Below, one piece after another: positions 21,457 to 31,354 of a stretch of DNA of 64,000 nt. Numbering within the stretch: position 1 is the first letter of the stretch; every line of letters begins with the position of its first letter. The position numbers were made by a program, and so were the translations under genes. Location: positions 2,304,001 to 2,368,000 of the forward strand of contig OZ244048.1 of assembly GCA_965215265.1 (NCBI GenBank), given 5' to 3'. This DNA is from Candidatus Poribacteria bacterium. GTDB taxonomy: Bacteria; Poribacteria; WGA-4E; WGA-3G. The notes below the pieces were generated by a model. That model saw only the letters and a list, made by a program, of their open reading frames with translations. It searched no databases and was not told the DNA's origin.

Positions 21457-21927
21457 ATGAAAACCTCTCGGTTCAGAACGCAACAGACAATTCAGAAACC
21501 GATTGAAACTGTGTTTGCGTTCTTCTCTGATGCACATAATCTATCCGTACTGACACCTCCGTGGCTGCGGTTCGAAGTACTCACGCCGGCCCCGATAGAG
21601 ATGAAAGTTGGTACTCGGATTAATTATAGACTGAAACTACACGGTATCCGGATACGCTGGCAGAGCGAGATAACGGTATGGGAGCCCCCGGGTGTTTTCG
21701 CTGATGAACAACGTCGCGGTCCCTATCGTCTCTGGCGGCATACGCACACTTTTGCCGAAACATCAGACGGGACCGTCGTAGCGGATGATGTCGAATATGC
21801 CGTGTGGGGACATTCCTTTGTTAATGCGTTGTTCGTGCAGCGGGATATAGAGAAAATCTTCGAGTACCGCACGAAGCAGCTAGAGCGAATCTTCCAAGAA
21901 CCGCGTAACCCTGCAAACGTCATCTAA
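21457..21927 (+). CDS. SRPBCC family protein
   Basis: VFAFFSD..NL..LTPP, F.DEQ.RGPY..W.H.H.F, IFEYR; start may be GTG 21415. Confidence 0.85.
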   Translation: MKTSRFRTQQTIQKPIETVFAFFSDAHNLSVLTPPWLRFEVLTPAPIEMKVGTRINYRLKLHGIRIRWQSEITVWEPPGVFADEQRRGPYRLWRHTHTFAETSDGTVVADDVEYAVWGHSFVNALFVQRDIEKIFEYRTKQLERIFQEPRNPANVI

Positions 21928-22606
21928 TGTGCTGCAGTAGACGAAAAAACGGCATTTCCCGATAAAAACGTAATCGTTCATAGTAGTATATGACGCGTTC
22001 GACGTAGGCAATCGTCTCATGGAAGCCGTCGAAATAGCCGTGCGGTGGTTTAGCTTGCGCTTTCCACACGTTTTGATGGAGCAGGACATCTTTCTTAGTC
22101 AATCGCGGTAGCGTAGCTCTGACAATAGCCCATGTGTGCGGATCTGCACCTTGGTGGCGGACAAGCGTTTGTGCGTCGCGAAGATGCCCAATCCCGCCGT
22201 TGTAGCTGGCTAAGGCAAGTTTGAGTCTATCTTCGTGTGGGCTGTTCGGAAAAGCATCATACAACGTCCGTAGATATCGGGTTGCACCTTCAACATTCTG
22301 TTCGGCATCAAATGGGTTGCGGACACCGAGTTCTTCGGCCGTCGTTGGCATGAGCTGGGTTAACCCTTGCGCCCCAATTGAACTGATAGCGTGTTCGTTA
22401 AAGCCGGATTCTTGAATGATAAGTGCACAGAGCAGCCGCCAATCTAATTGCTGCCTCGTGGCATATTTCTGGAGAAGTGGACGGTAGTGGAGAATTTTGG
22501 GCATCAGTGCAAGCAACCGAATATCTTGTGGACTCTCAATCAATAGATAGGACAGCACAATTAATATGAGGGTTGCGAGAATCAAAATTAGTGTGCGTTT
22601 GTGCAT
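21920..22606 (-). CDS. Lytic transglycosylase (SLT domain, MltF-like C-terminus)
   Basis: QESGF, GAQGLTQLMP, ALASYNGG.G, ET..YV motifs. Confidence 0.9.
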   Translation of the reverse strand: MHKRTLILILATLILIVLSYLLIESPQDIRLLALMPKILHYRPLLQKYATRQQLDWRLLCALIIQESGFNEHAISSIGAQGLTQLMPTTAEELGVRNPFDAEQNVEGATRYLRTLYDAFPNSPHEDRLKLALASYNGGIGHLRDAQTLVRHQGADPHTWAIVRATLPRLTKKDVLLHQNVWKAQAKPPHGYFDGFHETIAYVERVIYYYERLRFYREMPFFRLLQHIR

Positions 22607-22680
22607 TTTGTGTTTTTGTCTATTTCCGTACCATCAACGCTTATGTCGTGGGTACTCGTGTGTAAATCTCATTTTTTTAT
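22607..22680 (-). repeat. Right arm of the MITE-like repeat overlapping the wzi-like stop codon
   Basis: Reverse complement of 22621-22670 is identical to 18611-18660. Confidence 0.85.
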
Positions 22681-24301
22681 ACAAAAAGCTGATGTAAAGT
22701 GCGAGATGGTACTCGGTGTGTGTTTTGTCTAGGTGATGTCCCCGGTTTCGGATAGTCTGCCATGCATAGCGGAGGCTGGCATTCCACGATGCCAAGGGAC
22801 GATAAGAGATGGTCCCGCCGATTCGGGTGATATATTCGACAACGCCAGTGGGGAATGGGAGAGCTTTGAAGTCTTCGCCATAAAACCGGTCTGCTACGGT
22901 GGCTTCGCCGTTTCGGGTTAGGTTGGCTGTGAGGGCGGTCTTAGTATCTGGTGTCCATTGGTAAGAGAGAGAGAGGTTGAAAGTGTCGGCATCTGTTCCG
23001 ATGGGATGTCCGATGATGTGTCCGAAGTGCGTGAATTGATTTTCCGGGACAAGGTGTGTATAAGCCCATCGATTGACGCGGGCGTATTCTGTGTGAATGC
23101 CGAGTTGTCGTCGGAGTTTGTCGGGGTACCACGTCACGCCACAGAGCCATGCGACAGCGTGCGGGTCGTTTGCCCCGGGTACGTATTGTAAATCGTCAAT
23201 GAGCCACTCGGCATAGAGGCGCAAGCCGTCAACGGGACGGACAGCGACATCCAAAGCGAACATGACATTATCGTCGGCCTTGGCATTATATTGCAACGCA
23301 TAGTAAAAGGTGACGGGATTTGCATATTTGAAATCGAGTGTTTGTGCATCGCCGCCGTAGAGTACCCATTCACTGAGCCCGATGTTAAGCCGGTCGAAGT
23401 GTTGGTACTCAAGCCGATGTGCACTCAGATAGCGTTTGGCGAGGTAACGGGTATTACCGTCATCGTACCAGGTAGCATCGAGTTGTGTAGTGAAGGCGGT
23501 GGCTTTGAACCTGCCGAATGTGCCGGTGAGACGTAGCATGTCAAACGGTGGGGAATTATCGGAAATTCCGACGGAATATTGTGGTGTCGCGCCCCAAAAA
23601 ATTGCATCTCTGCCTACCAATAGTCTGAGTCGCTCATTGTATGTAGCCAGCTGCAAATAGCCGCTTTTGACGTTTCCGGTATATCCGCCCCGCCAGGGTT
23701 CCAAACGTTGTTCGGCGGTTTTGCCTTTAGCAAGCGTGGTAACATCTTGCCGGTGAAAATCTTCAAAATTTTGGAATTCACACTCGGTGTAAATTGTTAG
23801 GTTTCGGTATTGAAAGTGAAAAGCGCCCTCAAGTGCTGGGGCGATTTTTTCTTGCGTGGCACGTAGTTGAGGGAGCACGGCGAGTTCGACGTTTTCACTG
23901 CCAAACATCGGAACCCTCCGACGAGATGTACACAGTGATTCACAATGTGTCAGGGGGTGTAGGGCTCCAGTATCCGAAAATCGGTGTGCGAGTTCTGTGT
24001 GAAACTCGCGTTTTAACTTTTCAAGGAGCTTCCTATCGATCTCGGAAAGTGAGCCGGTGTGTGCACGACTCCGTTTCTCAGCATGTTGGATGATGCGTAC
24101 AATCTCTGTGCGTGAGTATGGGGCGGTGTGTCGATGGAACCCTCCTGTGATGCCATCAGTTTCCAATTTTGCGAGTGCTTCACCGACCCAACCATCAAAG
24201 TTAAGCGGTGGATGGGGGGCAGCGTGCAGAGCGGTGAGATAGCAGAGGAGGATCACGGTGGCTGTGCCAAAGATATCTAGCGCTTGTCGTTTTTTTTGCA
24301 C
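22634..24301 (-). CDS. Capsule assembly Wzi-family outer-membrane protein
   Basis: GRD..FWG, SDN.PP.D, SAHRLE, DN, LYAEWLIDD, IGHPIG motifs; GTG start with GGAGG RBS (ORF track extends to 24352). Confidence 0.7.
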   Translation of the reverse strand: MQKKRQALDIFGTATVILLCYLTALHAAPHPPLNFDGWVGEALAKLETDGITGGFHRHTAPYSRTEIVRIIQHAEKRSRAHTGSLSEIDRKLLEKLKREFHTELAHRFSDTGALHPLTHCESLCTSRRRVPMFGSENVELAVLPQLRATQEKIAPALEGAFHFQYRNLTIYTECEFQNFEDFHRQDVTTLAKGKTAEQRLEPWRGGYTGNVKSGYLQLATYNERLRLLVGRDAIFWGATPQYSVGISDNSPPFDMLRLTGTFGRFKATAFTTQLDATWYDDGNTRYLAKRYLSAHRLEYQHFDRLNIGLSEWVLYGGDAQTLDFKYANPVTFYYALQYNAKADDNVMFALDVAVRPVDGLRLYAEWLIDDLQYVPGANDPHAVAWLCGVTWYPDKLRRQLGIHTEYARVNRWAYTHLVPENQFTHFGHIIGHPIGTDADTFNLSLSYQWTPDTKTALTANLTRNGEATVADRFYGEDFKALPFPTGVVEYITRIGGTISYRPLASWNASLRYAWQTIRNRGHHLDKTHTEYHLALYISFLYKKMRFTHEYPRHKR

Positions 24302-26391
24302 GTGTGTGCCTCCAATTTTTTGACGGTTTGATCTATTTTTCGGAATTGCCATGTCCAGCGTGTGTTGTAAAGGAATTGCCGCAAATCGAAGCGGTTATCG
24401 TCGGGGGAATAGGCTTCTGCATGATAAGCCGGGGTTAGTGTTGTCATTTTGTGTCGATTCATCGCATAATATTTGAAGAAGTGTTTGACCTTTGCGGCAA
24501 CTTCCTGGGGTGGGAGGTGGTGCCACTCGTCTCTTAATTTTTCAAACATGCTGACGGGACCGCATCGCTGCATTTTTCGGAGTTGTCCGAACCGGCTGAG
24601 TTCAGCATAAGTCATGCCCATATCTTCTTCATCGTTTTGTGTGTATGTTTGAGTTATCGGTTCAAGTTCTGCAGTTGGGGTGGCTTTAACAATGTCGGAT
24701 AGAGCGGTATAACCAAAGCGTTGCTGTGCCCAACTGAGAAATCGGCGCAGGTCTCGCTTACTAATACCGCCAATGGGGTTGATATCGCCACTGCTACAAT
24801 CGTACTTTGTGAGGTAACCGCGGAGAGCCTCATCGACGTTGCCGGTGCCCAGGACGAGGAGCGTGCCTGGGCGTTTTCGTATCCAGGGCATCATTTGCGC
24901 GAGTAGATAACTGATGACCATTCGTAAGCGCGCTTGTATGTTTTGAAGTGCAAGGTTCTCGGTGAAAGAGCCTCCCTCCACTTTGAAACGCGGTTTTTTG
25001 TTTGTAATGTGCGTGAAGAGTGCCTCTAATGCGCTTACGAGGGGGTCCATGTTGATGTCCAAGTGCTTCGCGCCGAGCTGTTCAGCGAGCTGTTTTGCAC
25101 GTTTCTGTGTCTCGCGCGAACTATTTTGTGTGCCGATGTAACAAGTATAGAGCAGACGCTGGGCAAGGACGCTCGGGTTTTCGAATATCACAAAAGTCTC
25201 GTCGCCAACAAGCCATCTTTTGACATCATCTCTGGTAGTGGTATTTCCGTCCCGAATGGCTTGTGAGACGAGATGGCACATAGAACCGACAAGTGTTGCG
25301 ACAGCACCGCTGTCAGCTCCCCCAGAGAGCGGTATAAAATATCCTTCGGCACCGGAACGGCGGAGGTAATCCCAGAGCCAGCAAGCAGGACCGAGGGCGA
25401 TCTCTTCCTCAGGGGTATGGGCGGTCGGTTGCTGATGCGGTGTTGTTGAAAGCGTGCTGACTTCGTGTGATGCAAATTCAAAGTCGGCGATGTTAATTTG
25501 TGGGAGTGGTGCTGTTTGGCTTGCTTGTAGGGTGCGACTCGCTTTCGCTGCACGGTAGGAACGGACATCGTTAAGGTTGACGGTAGCGGTGATAACTTCC
25601 ACCTCGTTGAGTGAGAATTGTGATGCTTGCGCGAGGAGTTCACCGTTTTGTGCGATTAACGCGGAGCCATCAAAATAGAGCCGTCCGCCATCACATCCTT
25701 GTTGATTGGCGTATAGATACACACCGCCATTTTTTGCAGTTGCGTTCCGGATGAGGGCGATGCGGGTATCGAGTTTACGCAGCTCATGATGTGAGCCGGA
25801 GCCGTTACCGATAATTTCGACACCGGCGTTCCCTAAGTGAGTATGCGGACTTATGGGTGCAAACAATTCCTCGCAGGATTCTGATGCCAAAAGCGTGTCG
25901 CTGAGGGCAATAGTGGCGAGTCCGATAGGCACTGTGTGTTGCCCGGTGAGGCGTGCGATGTCGTCCGGAAGAGTGAACGGTTGGGTGGTCCATCCGTGTT
26001 GCCACGCAGCAAACCAGCGCGGTTCGCGGTAATTTCCGTCTCCGGCAAGCACGAGTTTCGGACGGATGAGCCGAAGTTTGCCGTTTAGGACGAAGACGCG
26101 ACAGTTGTATCGGACATTTTTGTGTAGGATGGGCATCCCGATGTCACAGAGGATGTCTGCAGTGTATCCGCCTTTGAGGATTTCGGCGAGTGCCTCCCAG
26201 CTGTGGATGAGTGTATCATGTTCGAGAAAATGGTCCTCGCAGGAGTAGCCTGTGATTTCAAGTTCAGGTCCCAACCGATATCGCGCACCGCGCGCTTTCG
26301 CGATTTTTATGGAGTCAATGATACGTGCTGTGTTGCCTTCAAAGTCGAGACTCCATTGATTGAGATTACAGGTTGCAAGTGTCACTTTCAT
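24277..26391 (-). CDS. nadE: Glutamine-dependent NAD(+) synthetase, eukaryotic QNS1/NADSYN1-like
   Basis: Nitrilase domain (GPELE, RPK, CEEL) fused to synthetase domain (PLSGGADS, NIQARLR, TKYDCSSGD). Confidence 0.93.
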   Translation of the reverse strand: MKVTLATCNLNQWSLDFEGNTARIIDSIKIAKARGARYRLGPELEITGYSCEDHFLEHDTLIHSWEALAEILKGGYTADILCDIGMPILHKNVRYNCRVFVLNGKLRLIRPKLVLAGDGNYREPRWFAAWQHGWTTQPFTLPDDIARLTGQHTVPIGLATIALSDTLLASESCEELFAPISPHTHLGNAGVEIIGNGSGSHHELRKLDTRIALIRNATAKNGGVYLYANQQGCDGGRLYFDGSALIAQNGELLAQASQFSLNEVEVITATVNLNDVRSYRAAKASRTLQASQTAPLPQINIADFEFASHEVSTLSTTPHQQPTAHTPEEEIALGPACWLWDYLRRSGAEGYFIPLSGGADSGAVATLVGSMCHLVSQAIRDGNTTTRDDVKRWLVGDETFVIFENPSVLAQRLLYTCYIGTQNSSRETQKRAKQLAEQLGAKHLDINMDPLVSALEALFTHITNKKPRFKVEGGSFTENLALQNIQARLRMVISYLLAQMMPWIRKRPGTLLVLGTGNVDEALRGYLTKYDCSSGDINPIGGISKRDLRRFLSWAQQRFGYTALSDIVKATPTAELEPITQTYTQNDEEDMGMTYAELSRFGQLRKMQRCGPVSMFEKLRDEWHHLPPQEVAAKVKHFFKYYAMNRHKMTTLTPAYHAEAYSPDDNRFDLRQFLYNTRWTWQFRKIDQTVKKLEAHTCKKNDKR

Positions 26392-26955
26392 TTTTTTTGT
26401 ATCTCTCCGTTAAGAATTGTCCCTGCCAGCGGGGCGAATTCTTCCATCAACGCTTAGGTATTGATGACTCGTGTGTAGATATTGTTTTTCGTATCTCTCC
26501 GTACCGTCAACGCTTAGGTATTGATGGCTCGTGTGTAGATATTGTCGGAGGTGCCTTAGGTTTAGTCTTTTAAATCAGAACATATTTGTATATTTCAGCC
26601 CGATACCGCTCTATGTTATGATTTTTCGTATCTCTCCGTACCATCAACGCTTAGGTATTGATGGCTCGTGTGTAGATCTCGTTTTTTTGTATCTCTCCGT
26701 ACCATCAAGGATTATGTATTGTTAATGCCTATGTACATCTCGTCTGAGATTCCTTAGGTTTTGACTTTAAAGACGATACCTAGAGCGGCTCAGGCGAGAT
26801 TTATAAGGGTTTTAACATTGCATCCGCCTTGATTGCGCTCTTGTAGACAAAAAAACGAGATTTGTGCTTAGGTTATCAAAACATAGATTGTTGACGTACT
26901 GAACTGGACGAAAAATCAAAATATAGACCTTTGTTGTGGTGCATTGGACGAAAAT
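26392..26955. repeat. MITE-like composite repeat with ~60-bp tandem units
   Basis: ccatcaacgcttaggtattgatggctcgtgtgtagat ... tatctctccgta present three times, plus other family motifs. Confidence 0.85.
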
Positions 26956-28262
26956 TAGGTTTTTTGTTTTTTTTTGCGTGCTGCGGGAAACAAGATGTTG
27001 TTCAAAATGAGGCGATAGCCGGGCGAATGTTTGTGCAAATCGAGGTTCGTGGGGATTTTGCCTTCTCCGACTAAGTGGCGATAGTCCTCCGGGTCGTGTC
27101 CGCCGAGGAAAGTAAAGGTGCCTTTGCCTAATTTTCCGTGTATATATTTTGCGTAGTTGGTGCCTTCAATCTGCCCTAAAATGGTGACGGAACCCCGGAG
27201 CAAATCCATATTAAAAGATGTGGTCTGCCCAAGGAAACCGGGTACCACATTCACATGATTTTGCGTGAGCATAGTAGGTATTGGATGGTGTTTTGCGGCA
27301 AATTCAAAAAGTGCGAAGTCTTCAACCCCGCTCTGTGCATCTCTATCAGGCTCAGGATTGTCTATATCTGAGAATTCGTATCGGTATGGATTTGTGTAGA
27401 GCGTAAAATTCTCAAAAGCCAAGGTGCGCTGTGCTTTGAAATTCTGTGCGAGCCGTGTTTGGAAATCGCCATCAATCGGTGTTCCATCAAGTTCAGGTGC
27501 GACGATGTCAATCATTCCGCCGCGTGTTGCTAATGCAATATCCAAGGTTTCCGGTGCGGAGCACATTGCGAAAACAAAGCCGCCGTTAGCGATGTAGTCC
27601 GCTATCATCAATGCGGTTTGTCCTTTGTATTTCGGGACACTTGAAAAGCCAGCCTCTGCAGCGGCTTTTTCAAAGAGGTGCATCCGTTGCTGATACCAGA
27701 CCTGCCTAGAAAAGGAGGCATGAAACTTTCCGTGCTGTCCAGTGAAGTCTTCGTGGTGCAGATGCAACCAGTCGTAACCTTGCGTCTGTAGTACGCCGCT
27801 CTGTACTTCTTTGTCCCAGAGTTCGTCGTAGGGGATCTGTGCGTAATCGAGTGCGAGCTTAACTGCGTCGTCCCACGGGTCACGGTATGGCGACTTCTCT
27901 GCAGGGGCGTATACTGCGATTTTGGGTGCTTTCTCTAAGCGGATCTCGTCCATATTATTGGCCTGTAGGACGGTTTCTTGGATACGGTTGTAGTCCGCGA
28001 TGCTCATCGGCTCAAAAAGGACACCCATGAAGGCTGCACGGGTTCGTACATCTTGGGAGTCCGGCAGCACGAAGGCACCGCCTCGGTAGTTCAACCACCA
28101 ATAGCATCTATATTCGCGTGGTGGGGCTAACGCCCAGTATGTCAAGCCGTAGGCTTTGAGATGATTGGTTTGCCCGTTTTGTTCCATTGGGACTAAAAGC
28201 CACTGTGCAACGGCTGGGACGCTGCAAATGGAAAGATAGAGGACGATGATGAGTTTTTTCAT
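26955..28262 (-). CDS. Secreted glutamine-amidotransferase-like protein (family often labelled 'asparagine synthetase B')
   Basis: Signal peptide MKKLIIV; NHLKAYG, WWLNYRGG, PWDDAV, LHHEDFTGQ, GGHDPEDY, GYRLILNNILFPAA. Confidence 0.65.
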   Translation of the reverse strand: MKKLIIVLYLSICSVPAVAQWLLVPMEQNGQTNHLKAYGLTYWALAPPREYRCYWWLNYRGGAFVLPDSQDVRTRAAFMGVLFEPMSIADYNRIQETVLQANNMDEIRLEKAPKIAVYAPAEKSPYRDPWDDAVKLALDYAQIPYDELWDKEVQSGVLQTQGYDWLHLHHEDFTGQHGKFHASFSRQVWYQQRMHLFEKAAAEAGFSSVPKYKGQTALMIADYIANGGFVFAMCSAPETLDIALATRGGMIDIVAPELDGTPIDGDFQTRLAQNFKAQRTLAFENFTLYTNPYRYEFSDIDNPEPDRDAQSGVEDFALFEFAAKHHPIPTMLTQNHVNVVPGFLGQTTSFNMDLLRGSVTILGQIEGTNYAKYIHGKLGKGTFTFLGGHDPEDYRHLVGEGKIPTNLDLHKHSPGYRLILNNILFPAARKKKQKT

Positions 28263-28505
28263 TTTTTTGTATATCTCCGTACCGTAAAGGTTTAGGTTGT
28301 GGTTAATCCAATGTTGGCAGGTAAGGTATGGCAGGGTTCGGTTTTCTTGCCATGAGACAAAGAATACCTTATCCCTGCCCCCTATAGGTTCTTGTCTCTC
28401 CTGCAAGGAGAGTGGCGAGATTTGTACAGGATTTTTCATAGCAATCGCCTTTGTTGTCCTGCAGTAGACGAAAAACTTTATTGTCCTGCAGTAGACGAAA
28501 TTGCC
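28262..28505. repeat. MITE-like repeat with nested tggcagg-type element
   Basis: tatctccgtaccgtaaagg, ggcgagatttgtac and two copies of gtcctgcagtagacgaaa. Confidence 0.75.
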
Positions 28506-31354
28506 GGTGCCTGCCCGAATACAATCTGTCCGTTGTGCATTAATGGGGTTTCACTGGTGCCGGGGTTCTGGATATCCACGGACCAGAGTTGTCCGTTGTT
28601 TTCATAAAGTATCCAACGGCCGGCAGGCGGCATCCACACTGGATGTCTGCCGCCGTACTGGGTTAACTGCTGTTCGGTTCGGATGCCTGTGTCTGAATAC
28701 ATAACAAGCCAAATCTGTGATGGTTCTTCTTCAACCGTTCGCGTGAAGGCGAGTTGATTCGGATTTGCCGGAGACCAGGCAGGTTCTGCATCCTGGGCAG
28801 GGGAGATAACAATCGGTTCGATACGCTTTGTCAAACTGTCGAAGGCGTAGATATTCCGTTTTGCAGTGGTATCTGGGTTTTCAATTGTGCCTTCTGTGAC
28901 ATAGGCCAGTAGGCTACCGTCGCGGTTCCATGCAGGGTTGAAACTTTGCAGTGCGGTTGAAGGCACGGTGAAGGTTTGATTGCTGGGAAGGTGTTGAATC
29001 ACAATCAACCGTCGGTTGGTTGGCCCGGTTTGTGTATAGGCGACATAGTTTGCATCCGGTGAGATAGCGGCATCACGTGCAAGATGGCGTGCGTCCAGTA
29101 GTATGCGGCCGTCGGGTGAAACAGAGTCGTGAAGGATGAGATTGCCGTCGATATCTTCATAGAGCAGCGTCCCATCAGCAGCGACAGTTGGATTGGTGCC
29201 GGCGGCGATAGCAGTGATGCCTGTGTCAGCAGTGAGACTCCATAGGACACCGTCATAACCGAAATAGGTAAAGATGCCGTCTGTTCTTAAGAAATCCTCC
29301 GGTGTGCTGTTTAGCGGAGCGTTGCCGCCATCAATGGTGTGCAAATCCGGTGGTTTTTCGATTTGTGCGGTTTCGGCTTTTTGTATACTAGAGCCCCACA
29401 ACGCCCTAGGTTGTGTCAATGACTGTGAAAATCTCGCCTGAGATTTTCTAGGTTTTGCATCCGAAAGGGCTGCTGCGGAGGGCTGAAACTGCTCGGCATC
29501 AATAAATTCCCATCCGGCACCTGTCGTCCGCCATCGAAACCCGAGTCCTTTTGTCCAATACTTCCATTCTTCGTTCCGCTGTCCATTGCGGTTAATAGTG
29601 AAAACATCCTCGGGTTCTCCGTATCGCCGTCGAATTTCCCAGCGTCCGCCATCCATAATTTCTGTCAGTGTGCCGGCTTCATCAATATAGGTTGCGAACA
29701 TTTCTATATCAATATGCGAAGTGGTGTGCCCGGGTAAGACAGTGACAGCAATAGGCTCACCGCGCACCGGGAAACGTGTGCCATAAAGTCCTACGTTGTC
29801 TGTGAGCCCTGTGGTACCGTCGTTATTCTGGTCAAGTACTGCCATGGCGTAGTAACGTCCAGGCAGCACGTGTATGTGGTAACGCCCGTGCTCGCTGAGT
29901 GTAATAGGGATGGGGAGGGGTGATTGGAAGTCAGGCGTGTAAGAGAGACTGATAATTCCTTGCGTGCGTGCTACGGGTTTCCCATCGGCGAGGAGTCTTC
30001 CGGAGATGCTGCCGTGTTCAATGTGTGTTTCAATGCCGGGTGGTGCGGGGCGGAGTTGGCCATCAGCATCATAGCGTGCAGTGATAAGGATATCAACCGT
30101 GCGATCGTCCGTGCTTTTGGATTCAGTCAGAACAAACGGGGTTGGCGGGTGCATGCTCATATCTAAGGTCCCATATCCGCCGACACCATCACCTTCGCTG
30201 TATCTGCCATTTTTATCGGCATCGAGATTGGCGATGAAGTAATACTCGCCGGGTGGTAAGGCAAGCTGGAACGTTCCGCTCGGATGCGTCTCTGCACTTG
30301 CGAGGGGTGTGACTAAAGTCGGTTGAGCGTAAACTTCAACGCGTGCTGTGATATCAGTGCTGTCGGTAGGCATCGGAGATACTGTACCGGTAAGTGCAAC
30401 CCGTGTCTGGTTTTGTCTATTTGTATCTGATGGATACGTGTGAGTGATGGCGATGTCCACATTTTGGGTGAACCGGTTCTCTGCAATGAGGATAGGCTGC
30501 GGTTTGTTATGTGCGTTTTTCAAAAAGGGTTTTCTTGCCGTGCTAGTTGAAGTCCTACCGTTGCGGCTGTGAGGTGTATCAATGCCGTAGAAACCGAACG
30601 CATCGCCAGCATCGAGCTTATTGGTGTGGTTGTTGTCGATAATAGCCATCAGGTAATATTTTCCGGGTGGTAAGTTAAGGGTCCATTCGCCGGAGTCTGA
30701 GACGCGCGTCATAGCGGCACGGTATTTCCACGTAATATCCGTATATGCAAGAACGAGGGCTTGTGCACCGTCATGGACGCGTCTCTGAACGCGGAGATGC
30801 CCGTGGCAGCCACTAGTAACTTTACGCAGTTCACTCTGAAACTGTTGAAATTCGCTATTTTGGTATTCGGAAATCGAGACAATTTTAAGTTCACCGTTGA
30901 CCTCACCGGCACGTGCAGTAATAGGTATCTCTAATCCACCGATGCGTTCTCCGTCGCGTATTTCGAGGAGTTGCTGCTTTTGGGCGGTAGAAACCCAATT
31001 AGTAATTCCGTAGATACCGAGCCCATCTCCGGTATCAAAATGTCCTGACCGGTCGACATCAACGTACGCAACGAGATAGTAGCGGCCTGGAGCAACACGG
31101 AGTAGGAATTTACCGGCTTCTTGTTGTGGAATACCACTGACGTAAAGTTCCGTTAGCGCCTCATCCCGATAGACGGAGACGTTTGTGTTTGAGAGATCTT
31201 GCCCTTCCCAGATTACTGTTCCTTCAAGTGTTGCTGTCATCTGTTTTCCTACCTGGGTGTCTATCAAGGGTTTCGGCGAAGCTTCTTGTGATAGTGCAGC
31301 ACGCATATAGGAGCTAAGGGACATCATTAACAGAACCAGCAGCAATCGTTTCAT
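28478..31354 (-). CDS. Large secreted protein: four Ig-like/DxDxDG repeats + TolB/PD40 beta-propeller
   Basis: Four PG.YY..A..D.D.(S/N)G....GD..G.YG repeats; ISPD, PAWNRDG, PAWSP WD40-like repeats. Confidence 0.7.
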   Translation of the reverse strand: MKRLLLVLLMMSLSSYMRAALSQEASPKPLIDTQVGKQMTATLEGTVIWEGQDLSNTNVSVYRDEALTELYVSGIPQQEAGKFLLRVAPGRYYLVAYVDVDRSGHFDTGDGLGIYGITNWVSTAQKQQLLEIRDGERIGGLEIPITARAGEVNGELKIVSISEYQNSEFQQFQSELRKVTSGCHGHLRVQRRVHDGAQALVLAYTDITWKYRAAMTRVSDSGEWTLNLPPGKYYLMAIIDNNHTNKLDAGDAFGFYGIDTPHSRNGRTSTSTARKPFLKNAHNKPQPILIAENRFTQNVDIAITHTYPSDTNRQNQTRVALTGTVSPMPTDSTDITARVEVYAQPTLVTPLASAETHPSGTFQLALPPGEYYFIANLDADKNGRYSEGDGVGGYGTLDMSMHPPTPFVLTESKSTDDRTVDILITARYDADGQLRPAPPGIETHIEHGSISGRLLADGKPVARTQGIISLSYTPDFQSPLPIPITLSEHGRYHIHVLPGRYYAMAVLDQNNDGTTGLTDNVGLYGTRFPVRGEPIAVTVLPGHTTSHIDIEMFATYIDEAGTLTEIMDGGRWEIRRRYGEPEDVFTINRNGQRNEEWKYWTKGLGFRWRTTGAGWEFIDAEQFQPSAAALSDAKPRKSQARFSQSLTQPRALWGSSIQKAETAQIEKPPDLHTIDGGNAPLNSTPEDFLRTDGIFTYFGYDGVLWSLTADTGITAIAAGTNPTVAADGTLLYEDIDGNLILHDSVSPDGRILLDARHLARDAAISPDANYVAYTQTGPTNRRLIVIQHLPSNQTFTVPSTALQSFNPAWNRDGSLLAYVTEGTIENPDTTAKRNIYAFDSLTKRIEPIVISPAQDAEPAWSPANPNQLAFTRTVEEEPSQIWLVMYSDTGIRTEQQLTQYGGRHPVWMPPAGRWILYENNGQLWSVDIQNPGTSETPLMHNGQIVFGQAPAISSTAGQ

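Noticed and set aside
26440-26710. CRISPR-like array (37-bp hairpin repeat present three times)
   Set aside because: The intervening sequences are themselves repeat-family motifs rather than unique spacers, spacing is irregular and no cas genes are present
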